Of a stretch of 64,000 nucleotides of DNA, positions 40,109 to 48,276 are shown one piece after another. Source of the stretch: an uncultured Chloroflexia bacterium (GTDB taxonomy: Bacteria > Chloroflexota > Limnocylindria > Limnocylindrales > CSP1-4); the NCBI GenBank assembly GCA_963720715.1, contig CAVRGM010000002.1, positions 220,446 to 284,445 of the forward strand. Reading direction: 5' to 3'. Below the pieces are notes generated by a model. It made no database searches. It was not told the origin of the DNA and saw only the letters and a list, made by a program, of their open reading frames with translations. Positions within the stretch are counted from its first letter, which is position 1; the number at the start of each line of letters is the position of its first letter. The position numbers and the translations under genes are program-made.

Positions 40109-40786
40109 ATGGATCAGATCTTCCAGACGATCGGAGATTCGCTCAGCGGGTTCTTCGGCAGCCCTCCGGTCCAGTTCGGGCTCCGTGCGGTCGGCGTCTA
40201 CCTCGTCGTCATCTGGCTGGCCACGGCCTACTGGGCCTTCCGTGACATGCAGCAGCGTTCGGACAACCCGATCCTGCCCTACGTCGCCGCGGCCGGGATC
40301 ATCCTGTTCACGCCCATCTTCTTCATCCTCGCCGTGTGGATCTACCGGATCGTCCGACCCCACGAGAAGATCGGTGAAGTCTGGGAGCGGAACCTCGCCG
40401 AAGAGGCGCTCCTCGCCGAGGTCGAGTCGATCCATCACTGCCCGGGTTGCGACCGTCGCATCGACGACGAATGGATCATCTGCCCGAGTTGCCGGACCCG
40501 ACTCAAGCGCGTCTGTCCGAACTGCAGCCGACTGGTCGGGATGGACTGGTCACTGTGCGCCTGGTGTGGCAAGGACTTCGAGCGACGCGAGGTCCCGGCG
40601 GCCGCGATCGAGGCGCTGCCCGAGGGCCGTGAGGCGACAGACCGGGTCGCCATCGCGCCGCCGACCAAGGCCGCGGCCGCGACTCGCTCTCGACCGAAAG
40701 CGGCCCCTTCGTCGGCCCGTGAGCAGACGCGACCCGCGACGACGCCGATCCCGGCATCTGCCCAGGATCCGCTGCCCGAGCGTTGA
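40109..40786 (+). CDS. Membrane protein with a double zinc ribbon
   Basis: N-terminal transmembrane helices; CPGC, CPSC, CPNC and CAWC. Confidence 0.85.
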   Translation: MDQIFQTIGDSLSGFFGSPPVQFGLRAVGVYLVVIWLATAYWAFRDMQQRSDNPILPYVAAAGIILFTPIFFILAVWIYRIVRPHEKIGEVWERNLAEEALLAEVESIHHCPGCDRRIDDEWIICPSCRTRLKRVCPNCSRLVGMDWSLCAWCGKDFERREVPAAAIEALPEGREATDRVAIAPPTKAAAATRSRPKAAPSSAREQTRPATTPIPASAQDPLPER

Positions 40787-41805
40787 ACCCGGCGGCCCCG
40801 CCGCCCGGTCCGGACGCTGATCCCGGCCCGGAAGATCGCGCCGGGCCCGTCGCCCGACCAGGGATCTCCACGTTCACGATCGAAGGTCGCTCCGCTCCGG
40901 GCCTGTTCGTCGTCGGCTGGCTGGCGACGGTCATCGGCCTCGGCCTGATCCTGACGGCCGTCCTGGCCGGGAATCCAGACGCCAGCTTGATCCTGTTGCT
41001 GGTCGGGCTCTCGCTGGTGGCCGTCGGGTTGATCGCCGGTGCCGGGTCGCAAGGCATCGAACGGCGTTCCCGCGGACGCCTGGCCTATCAGGGGCCATCA
41101 CCGTTCCTGGTCCTGGCAGCCTCCGTCCCGGTGGCCATCCTGGCGATCTGGCTCGTCAGCCTGCCGCTGGGGTGGGCAGGGATCGACCTCGAGGGCGCAT
41201 TCGGGGCGCTCGTGTCGGTCTCCGTCCAGGCGTTGGTCTATGTCGGGTTGGTCCGCCTGCTGGTCGTCGACGCCGGCGCCCTGGACTGGCGCGCGATGGG
41301 CATCGGCCGACTCGATCAGCCGGCGCTCGCGGCGATGCTCGGCGGGGCGGTCTGGGCGCTCCCGATCGTGCTCATCACGGCCCTGCTGGCCAACGTACTC
41401 GTGTCGATATTCCCGGTCCAGCCGGACAGCCCGTTGCCACCGACCGGGACCGATATCGGCCTTGCACTGTCGCTTCTCGCCGGTGCGGTGATCGCCCCGT
41501 TCGGCGAGGAGGTGCTGTTCCGCGGGTTCGCGACCACGGCCTGGACACGTGGTCTTGGGGCCCGACGCGGTGTCGCCACAGGCGCGATCGTGTTCGCCTT
41601 CGCCCATATCATCTCGATCGCGGGCGCCACGGCGGGCCAGGCGATCGGGCTGGCAGTCGTCGCCTTTCTCGTTCGCCTCCCGGTCGCATTCGCTCTTGGC
41701 TGGATCTTCGTCCGGCGCGGCACGATCTGGGCCTCGTTCGGGCTCCATGCCGCGTACAACGCCATCCTGATCATCCTGGCCGAGGCGGCCCTTCGATCGA
41801 GTTGA
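40783..41805 (+). CDS. CPBP (CAAX/Abi) intramembrane protease
   Basis: EEVLFRG, FAFAH and HAAYN. Confidence 0.9.
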   Translation: MNPAAPPPGPDADPGPEDRAGPVARPGISTFTIEGRSAPGLFVVGWLATVIGLGLILTAVLAGNPDASLILLLVGLSLVAVGLIAGAGSQGIERRSRGRLAYQGPSPFLVLAASVPVAILAIWLVSLPLGWAGIDLEGAFGALVSVSVQALVYVGLVRLLVVDAGALDWRAMGIGRLDQPALAAMLGGAVWALPIVLITALLANVLVSIFPVQPDSPLPPTGTDIGLALSLLAGAVIAPFGEEVLFRGFATTAWTRGLGARRGVATGAIVFAFAHIISIAGATAGQAIGLAVVAFLVRLPVAFALGWIFVRRGTIWASFGLHAAYNAILIILAEAALRSS

Positions 41806-41955
41806 TGACCGGCGATGGAGGGCTTGGTGAGCCGCGGATGAGGGCCTGCCGGTAGGCTGCGCAGCGTCCTCGAGGTCGGGATGGCGGAGGGAATCGGCGG
41901 GCTTCCGTCGTCCGGACCCGGGGACATCCACCCAGTTCGCCCAGGGAGGTCCCCG

Positions 41956-42687
41956 ATGGACGATCGCGGCAGGGCGATCCGAGCGGTACCCGCCGAGGAG
42001 CGTCCGCGAGAACGGCTGGCGAGTCGCGGCGTCGGCGGACTCACCAGTGCCGAATTGATCGGCTTGATCTGGTCTTCCGGCACCCGTGGGCGATCCGCGG
42101 TCGACCTTGCGGCCGACGCCCTTGCGCGTCATGACGGTCTGACCGGCCTGGCTCGGGCGACGGAGCAGGAACTGGCGACGATGAGCGGGATCGGCGCGGC
42201 CAAGGCAGCCCAACTGATCGCGGCATTCGAACTCGGTCGCCGACTGCTCGCCGACTGGCCCGCCGGACGATGGTCGATCCGCGGACCACACGATGTCGCC
42301 GACCGGCTGATCCTCCAGATGGGACGCCTCGAGCGCGAGGAGTTGCGTGTCGTCCTGCTCGACACCAAGAACCATGTGCTCCGGGTCAGCACGGTCTACC
42401 AGGGCAACGTTTCCGCGTCGCTGGTTCGCGTCGGGGAGCTCTTTCGTGATGCCGTCAGGCTCAATGCGGCGGGTGTCATCCTCGTCCACAACCACCCCTC
42501 CGGCGACCCGACACCCTCACCGGATGACCTCCACCTGACGGCTGAGGCGCTGGCGGCGGGCCGGTTGCTGGACATCCAGCTCCTCGATCATCTGGTCATC
42601 GGGCACGACGCCTATGTGTCGTTGCGCGACCGCGGCATCGCCTTCGATCGACCGCCTGGCGGAGGTACCGCGCGGGTAGCCGACTGA
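41956..42687 (+). CDS. radC: RadC/JAB-domain protein
   Basis: ERPRERL, GIGAAKA, HNHPSGDPTPSPDD and LLDHLVIG. GGGAGG precedes ATG 41956. Confidence 0.93.
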   Translation: MDDRGRAIRAVPAEERPRERLASRGVGGLTSAELIGLIWSSGTRGRSAVDLAADALARHDGLTGLARATEQELATMSGIGAAKAAQLIAAFELGRRLLADWPAGRWSIRGPHDVADRLILQMGRLEREELRVVLLDTKNHVLRVSTVYQGNVSASLVRVGELFRDAVRLNAAGVILVHNHPSGDPTPSPDDLHLTAEALAAGRLLDIQLLDHLVIGHDAYVSLRDRGIAFDRPPGGGTARVAD

Positions 42688-42800
42688 TCACGACCGAACC
42701 GGCGGCCGGCCGGACGTTCCGAGGGGACCGGGTATACTGCCCCGGCTGCCGTCCCGGTCGGCTCCGCACGCACCGACCGCTCTCGGCGGCGCGCTCGAGT

Positions 42801-42828
42801 GCGACCACCGCCCAGCGACCACCGCCCA
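42801..42828. repeat. Perfect 14-bp tandem repeat in the mreB leader
   Basis: GCGACCACCGCCCA occurs twice in tandem. Confidence 0.8.
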
Positions 42829-42863
42829 TCCAGTCCATCCCTCGACGAAGGACCCGCCCCCTC

Positions 42864-43916
42864 ATGCTCGACCGGATCCTCGGCCTCTTCTCCCGCGACA
42901 TCGGGATCGATCTCGGGACCGCCAACACGCTGGTTCACGTCCGGGACCGCGGGATCGTCATGAGTGAGCCGTCGGTCGTGGCCATCGACGCGAAGTCCAA
43001 GCGGGTCCTCGCCGTCGGGGCGGAGGCCAAGCGGATGGTCGGCCGGACGCCCGCCAACATCATCGCCGTCCGGCCCCTGCGCGACGGGGTCATCAGCGAC
43101 TTCGATGTGACCGAACAGATGATCAAGTACTTCGTCGACAAGGTCCACGATCGGGTCGGCACCATCGCCCGGCCGCGGATGTTGCTGGGCATCCCATCGG
43201 GTGTGACGGAGGTCGAGAAGCGAGCCGTCCGCGATGCCGCGCTCAATGCCGGCGCCCGCTGGGCCGGGCTGATCGAGGAACCGATGGCCGCCGCCATCGG
43301 CGCCGGCCTGCCGGTCAGTGAACCATCCGGCAGTCTCATCGTCGACATCGGTGGCGGGACGACCGAGGTGGCCGTGATCAGCCTGGGCGGCATCGTCGTC
43401 AGCCGGAGCATCCGGATCGGCGGTGACGAGATGGACCAGGACATCGTCACCTTCGCCAGGCGCGAGTACAACCTGTTCCTCGGCGAGCGGACAGCCGAGG
43501 ACATCAAGATCGCAATCGGTTCGGCCTACCCGGGTGAGTGGGATGCCCAGCGGGTCGCCCTTCGCGGCCGTGATCTGCTGACCGGGCTGCCGCGCAGCGT
43601 CGAGGTCGGCGCCGACCAGATCCGAGAGGCGATCGAGCCATCGGTCCAACAGATCGTCGATACGGTCAAGGACACCATCGAGGAGACACCGCCCGAACTC
43701 GTCGCGGACATCATGGACCAGGGCATCGTCCTGGCCGGTGGTGGCGCGCTCCTGGCAGGTCTCGACCGACGCGTCGCGGAAGCGACCCAGATGCCGGTCC
43801 ATATCGCCGACGATCCGCTGACCTGCGTCGCCCGGGGGACGGGGGTCGTCCTCCAGGATCTCGACCAGATGAGTCGCGTCCTCGTGTCCGAGACGTACTC
43901 GCGCCCGCCGCGCTGA
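42864..43916 (+). CDS. mreB: Rod shape-determining actin MreB
   Basis: IGIDLGTANT, EPMAAAIGAG, DIGGGTTE and AGGGALL. Confidence 0.97.
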   Translation: MLDRILGLFSRDIGIDLGTANTLVHVRDRGIVMSEPSVVAIDAKSKRVLAVGAEAKRMVGRTPANIIAVRPLRDGVISDFDVTEQMIKYFVDKVHDRVGTIARPRMLLGIPSGVTEVEKRAVRDAALNAGARWAGLIEEPMAAAIGAGLPVSEPSGSLIVDIGGGTTEVAVISLGGIVVSRSIRIGGDEMDQDIVTFARREYNLFLGERTAEDIKIAIGSAYPGEWDAQRVALRGRDLLTGLPRSVEVGADQIREAIEPSVQQIVDTVKDTIEETPPELVADIMDQGIVLAGGGALLAGLDRRVAEATQMPVHIADDPLTCVARGTGVVLQDLDQMSRVLVSETYSRPPR

Positions 43917-43932
43917 GTCCAGGCCCGTCGCT

Positions 43933-44865
43933 GTGACGTCCATGCTCGCCAACCGCGCCGCACGCCGTCGCTGGGCGGTGTTCGCGACGCTGCTCGTGAT
44001 CAGCGTCCTGCTCATGGGCTTCTCGTCGAATCCGGCGGTTCGCGAGATGCAGAATGGCGTCAGTTTCGCCTTTCGGCCGCTCCAGGCGTCGCTCGAGGAG
44101 TTGTCCCGGGGCGTGTCGTCGATCGCGACGGCCATCTCCGAGATCGATCGCTTGCGGGTCGACAACGGCGCGTTGCGGGCGGAGAACGACCGCCTTCGGG
44201 CCGAGAACGCCGGTGCCCTCGAATCTCGCCGCGAGAACGAATTGCTGACCGCGCTGCTGCAGCTGCGGGCCGGACTGGATCACGAGACGACAGCAGCCAC
44301 GGTGATCGCTCGCGAATCATCCGAATTCCGGCGCCTGGTGGTCCTCGATCGCGGCACGGACGACGGGATCGTGGTCGGTGACGTGGCGATCGCGGCCGGA
44401 GGCGCCCTGGCCGGGCGCGTCGTCGAGGTCGGCCCGAACAGCGCCAAGGTCGTTCTGCTGACCGACAGCGAGTCGACCGTCGTCGGTCAGATGGTGTCGA
44501 ACTCCGCGACGGGTGAGGTGGTCGGTGAGCTGGGCGGCGTGCTGGTCATGGGTCAGATCGATTCAGGCGAGACGATCACCGTCGGCGACGAGGTCGTGAC
44601 CGCCGGCATCGAGCTGGGCGGCGGCGTCCGTTCGCCGTACCCGAAGGGCCTGCTCATCGGTCAGGTCGTGGATTTCCGGCGCGACGCGAACGACGTCGTC
44701 CAGACGGCGTTCCTGCAGCCTGCGGCGAATCTCGACAAGCTCGAATACGTGCTGGTCATCACCGACTACGACGGTGGCCTCCCACCGATCGAACAGCAGC
44801 CGATCGACTGCGGCACCGGCGGGACGCTGCCACAGGGCGAACAGCCCTGCCTGCCCTCGAAATGA
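43933..44865 (+). CDS. mreC: Rod shape-determining protein MreC
   Basis: Transmembrane helix, coiled coil, LDRGTDDGI and YPKGLLIG. Confidence 0.92.
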   Translation: MTSMLANRAARRRWAVFATLLVISVLLMGFSSNPAVREMQNGVSFAFRPLQASLEELSRGVSSIATAISEIDRLRVDNGALRAENDRLRAENAGALESRRENELLTALLQLRAGLDHETTAATVIARESSEFRRLVVLDRGTDDGIVVGDVAIAAGGALAGRVVEVGPNSAKVVLLTDSESTVVGQMVSNSATGEVVGELGGVLVMGQIDSGETITVGDEVVTAGIELGGGVRSPYPKGLLIGQVVDFRRDANDVVQTAFLQPAANLDKLEYVLVITDYDGGLPPIEQQPIDCGTGGTLPQGEQPCLPSK

Positions 44866-45623
44866 AGGGGATCGTCCTGGCCGGGGGCACGGCCACCCGC
44901 CTGTACCCGCTGACGATCGTGACGAACAAGCATCTCCTGCCGATCTACGACCGGCCGATGATCTATTACCCCATCGAGACACTCGCCTCGATGGGCATCC
45001 GCGAGGTGATGGTCATCGTCGGCGGCAAGAGCGTCGGCGATGTCGTCGAGCTGCTCGGCGACGGCTCGGCGTTCGGGATCGATCTGACCTACCGCTACCA
45101 GCCCGGCCCACTCGGGATCGCCCACGCCATCGGGTTGGCCCGCGATTTCGTCGGGGCGGATGCGTTCTGCTGCATCCTCGGCGACAACGTCCTGCGCGGA
45201 CCGAGTCTCAGCCAGGTCGCCACCGAGTTCGAGCGCGGACCATACGGCGCCGGGACACTGCTCCACCGGGTGTCCGACCCCGAGCGGTTCGGTGTCGCCG
45301 AGTTCGACGCCGACGGCCGGGTCATCGGGTTCGAGGAGAAGCCGGCCGCGCCCAAGAGCGACCTGATCCCGATCGGCGTCTATTTCCTCCGTCCGGACGC
45401 CTTCGATGTCATCGCCGCGCTGCGCCCGTCGGGGCGAGGGGAACTCGAGATCACCGACGTCCTCAATCACTACATCCCGGCCGGAGACCTGTTCAGTCCG
45501 GTCTACGACGGACACTGGACCGATGCGGGCACGGTGCCGTCACTCTTGCGGGCCGCCGAACTCGCCGCCGCAGATGACGCGGCGGGCACGCTCGCTCCGC
45601 CGGTCAATCGATCGCCGGCCTGA
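44862..45623 (+). CDS. rmlA: Glucose-1-phosphate thymidylyltransferase (short form)
   Basis: GIVLAGGTATRLYPLT, NKHLLPIYD, EEKP and RGELEITD. Confidence 0.9.
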   Translation: MKGIVLAGGTATRLYPLTIVTNKHLLPIYDRPMIYYPIETLASMGIREVMVIVGGKSVGDVVELLGDGSAFGIDLTYRYQPGPLGIAHAIGLARDFVGADAFCCILGDNVLRGPSLSQVATEFERGPYGAGTLLHRVSDPERFGVAEFDADGRVIGFEEKPAAPKSDLIPIGVYFLRPDAFDVIAALRPSGRGELEITDVLNHYIPAGDLFSPVYDGHWTDAGTVPSLLRAAELAAADDAAGTLAPPVNRSPA

Positions 45624-45628
45624 AGTCC

Positions 45629-46702
45629 GTGACATCCGCCCGCTCGGAGCCGATGCGCGCGTACGATCGGTTGCTGGTGACCGGCGGCGCCGGGTTCATC
45701 GGTTCCGCCTTCGTCCGGGACGTGCTGGCCCGGCGAGACGGGACCCGGATCACCGTCCTCGACAAGCTCACCTATGCCGGGAACGAGGCGAATCTCGCCG
45801 AGGTTCGGGCGGACCCGGATCTGGGCGATCGGCTGACCTTCGTTCGTGGCGATATCGCCGATGGTGCCGTCGTCGGGCCACTGGTCGGATCGGTCGATGC
45901 GGTCATCAACTTCGCGGCCGAATCGCACGTGGACCGCTCCATCCTGGACCCGGCGGCGTTCCTCACGACCGGGGTCATCGGGGTCCACGTGCTGCTCGAG
46001 GCCTGCCGGAGCGTGCCCGGGCGACCACGGTTCGTGCAGGTCTCCACCGACGAGGTCTACGGTTCCGTGGACGAGGGCCGAGCCGATGAACAGGCGCCGC
46101 TCGCGCCACGCTCGCCATACGCGGCGGCCAAGGCCGCCGGCGAACTGCTGGTCCGGAGTTATGTCGTGACGCACGGTCTCGACGCCGTCGTGACTCGAGG
46201 CTCGAATACCTATGGGCCATATCACCACCCGGAGAAGCTGATCCCGTTGTTCATCACCAACGCCATCGACGACCAGCCCTTGCCCCTGTACGGCGACGGC
46301 CTGCAACGTCGCGAGTGGCTGTACGTGTCCGACCATGCCGCCGCGATCGACCACGTCCTGCGATACGGAACGAGCGGCGAGACCTACAACATCGCCGGTG
46401 GGTCGGAGCGCACCAACCGCGAGGTCGTGACGCTGCTGCTGGCCGCGCTCGACAAGCCCTGGTCGCTGGTGCGGGAGGTCGAGGATCGACCGGGGCATGA
46501 TCGCCGGTACGCGATGGACGGCTCCAAGCTGGCCGCGCTCGGCTGGCGGCCCTCGACGACCTTCGAGGCTGGTCTGCCGGCCACGGTCGATTGGTACCTG
46601 GCGAACGAGGCCTGGTGGCGGGCGACACGCAGCGGCGCTTGGGACGATTGGTATGCGCGCCAGTACGGGCGACGTCTGGCGCCCCTCGAGCCGACCGACT
46701 GA
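45629..46702 (+). CDS. rmlB: dTDP-glucose 4,6-dehydratase
   Basis: TGGAGFIGS, DKLTYAGN, AAESHVDRSI, STDEVYG, YAAAK and DRPGHDRRY. Confidence 0.95.
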   Translation: MTSARSEPMRAYDRLLVTGGAGFIGSAFVRDVLARRDGTRITVLDKLTYAGNEANLAEVRADPDLGDRLTFVRGDIADGAVVGPLVGSVDAVINFAAESHVDRSILDPAAFLTTGVIGVHVLLEACRSVPGRPRFVQVSTDEVYGSVDEGRADEQAPLAPRSPYAAAKAAGELLVRSYVVTHGLDAVVTRGSNTYGPYHHPEKLIPLFITNAIDDQPLPLYGDGLQRREWLYVSDHAAAIDHVLRYGTSGETYNIAGGSERTNREVVTLLLAALDKPWSLVREVEDRPGHDRRYAMDGSKLAALGWRPSTTFEAGLPATVDWYLANEAWWRATRSGAWDDWYARQYGRRLAPLEPTD

Positions 46703-47604
46703 TGCGGGTCGCGGTGACCGGTGCTGCGGGCGGACTGGGGAGCGCGGTCGTGCACGCCCTTGCCGATGCCCCGTTCACCGGCCCGGCCGGCCCGATCGGC
46801 TGGGGCCGGGATGCATTCGACCTGGACGAGCCGGACCTCGTCGGCTCGCGCCTCGACCGCGACCGTCCCGAGGTCGTGATCCATTGCGCGGCCTGGACCG
46901 ATGTCGATGGCTGTGCCCGTGATCCGGACCTCGCGTACCGTCGGAACGGGCTCGCGACCGGTGTCCTGAGCATGGCCTGCGCGACCCGCGCCATCGACCT
47001 TCTGGTCATCTCGACCAACGAGGTGTTCGACGGAGCCCGGCAGGATGGCCTTGCGTATCTGCCCGGCGATCCGCGCTCGCCGGCCAACCCGTACGGGGCG
47101 TCGAAGGCGGACGGTGAGGTACGGGCCGGGACCGCCTTCCGTGGTTCCGGTGCATCCCTCGGGATCGCCCGCACGGCCTGGCTGTTCGGGCGGCCCGGGC
47201 ACGACTTCCCCAGCCGGATCATCGATGCCGCGCTTGCCGCCCGCGGTTCGAACGAGCCGCTGCGACTCGTCGCCGATGAATGGGGAACGCCGACGTATGT
47301 CGCGGATGTCGCCGAAGCGATCATCGAGCTGTTGGCCGAGAACTCCGTGGCTGGCATCCATCACCTGATCGATGGCGGCGTCGCGACCAGGGCGGAGTGG
47401 GCGCGGGCCGTCCTGGCCGAGATGGCGATCGAAGTCGAAACGGTCGACGTCCCGTCCTCGACCTGGCCGCGACCGTCCAGCCCGCCGCGATGGGGTGTCC
47501 TGGCTCCGACGGTCCTGCCGTCCGGAGAGCCGATGCGGCCATGGCGTTCCGCCCTGGCCGACTATCTGCCGATGCTTCGCCGGTCGATGCGGAGTCGGGC
47601 GTGA
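46702..47604 (+). CDS. rmlD: dTDP-4-dehydrorhamnose reductase
   Basis: TGAAGGLG, HCAAWTDVDGC, YGASK and RTAWLFG. Confidence 0.9.
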   Translation: MRVAVTGAAGGLGSAVVHALADAPFTGPAGPIGWGRDAFDLDEPDLVGSRLDRDRPEVVIHCAAWTDVDGCARDPDLAYRRNGLATGVLSMACATRAIDLLVISTNEVFDGARQDGLAYLPGDPRSPANPYGASKADGEVRAGTAFRGSGASLGIARTAWLFGRPGHDFPSRIIDAALAARGSNEPLRLVADEWGTPTYVADVAEAIIELLAENSVAGIHHLIDGGVATRAEWARAVLAEMAIEVETVDVPSSTWPRPSSPPRWGVLAPTVLPSGEPMRPWRSALADYLPMLRRSMRSRA

Positions 47605-48158
47605 CCGCCGCGCGACCGCGATCCGCCATCCCGGGGGTCGAGTTCGGGGCGCTCGACCGGCACGACGACGAGCGAGGATCGTTCCGGGAGTTGTGGCGCG
47701 ACAGTGGCCGGCCACAGCAACGGTTCGTCCAGGCCAACCTGTCGGTCTCGCGCCGCGGCGTCCTGCGCGGGCTTCATCTCCACCGGCGCCAGGATGACCT
47801 GTGGATCGTGGTCGATGGCCGCGCGCTGGTCGCCCTCGTCGATGTCCGCCCGTTGTTGGCCGGAAGCGGCCCGTCGATCGTCGAAACCCGCGATCTGGGC
47901 GCCGACGACCAGGTCGTCATCCCGGCCGGCGTCGCCCACGGATTCCTGGCGCTCGAGCCGCTCCAGCTGGCCTACTTCGTGACCAATGAGTTCGACGGTT
48001 CGGACGAGTATGGCTTCGCCTGGGACGACCCTGCCGTCGCTGTCCCCTGGCCGTCGACCGCCCGGATCCCCGGCGGCTCGCCCATCCTCTCGCCACGCGA
48101 TCGCACGAACCCACCGCTGGCCGAGCTCGTGATCCGCCTGCGCGATCTCGCCGGCTGA
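47601..48158 (+). CDS. rmlC: dTDP-4-dehydrorhamnose 3,5-epimerase
   Basis: DERGSFRE, GVLRGLH, IPAGVAHGF and WDDP. Confidence 0.92.
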   Translation: MTAARPRSAIPGVEFGALDRHDDERGSFRELWRDSGRPQQRFVQANLSVSRRGVLRGLHLHRRQDDLWIVVDGRALVALVDVRPLLAGSGPSIVETRDLGADDQVVIPAGVAHGFLALEPLQLAYFVTNEFDGSDEYGFAWDDPAVAVPWPSTARIPGGSPILSPRDRTNPPLAELVIRLRDLAG

Positions 48159-48276
48159 GCTCGCCCCCCCGGACCCTACCGGTCTGCCCGGCTCCCCACT
48201 CGTCCGAGCCCGATGGGGCTAGGCGGGCCCGGACCATCCTGCGATTGAGCGGGTCGCGCTCGGCGGCGAGTCTGGA

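Noticed and set aside
41956-42687. radC as a marker of a mobile element
   Set aside because: It is the full-length form in the standard chromosomal radC-mreBC context, with no integrase or att sites seen.
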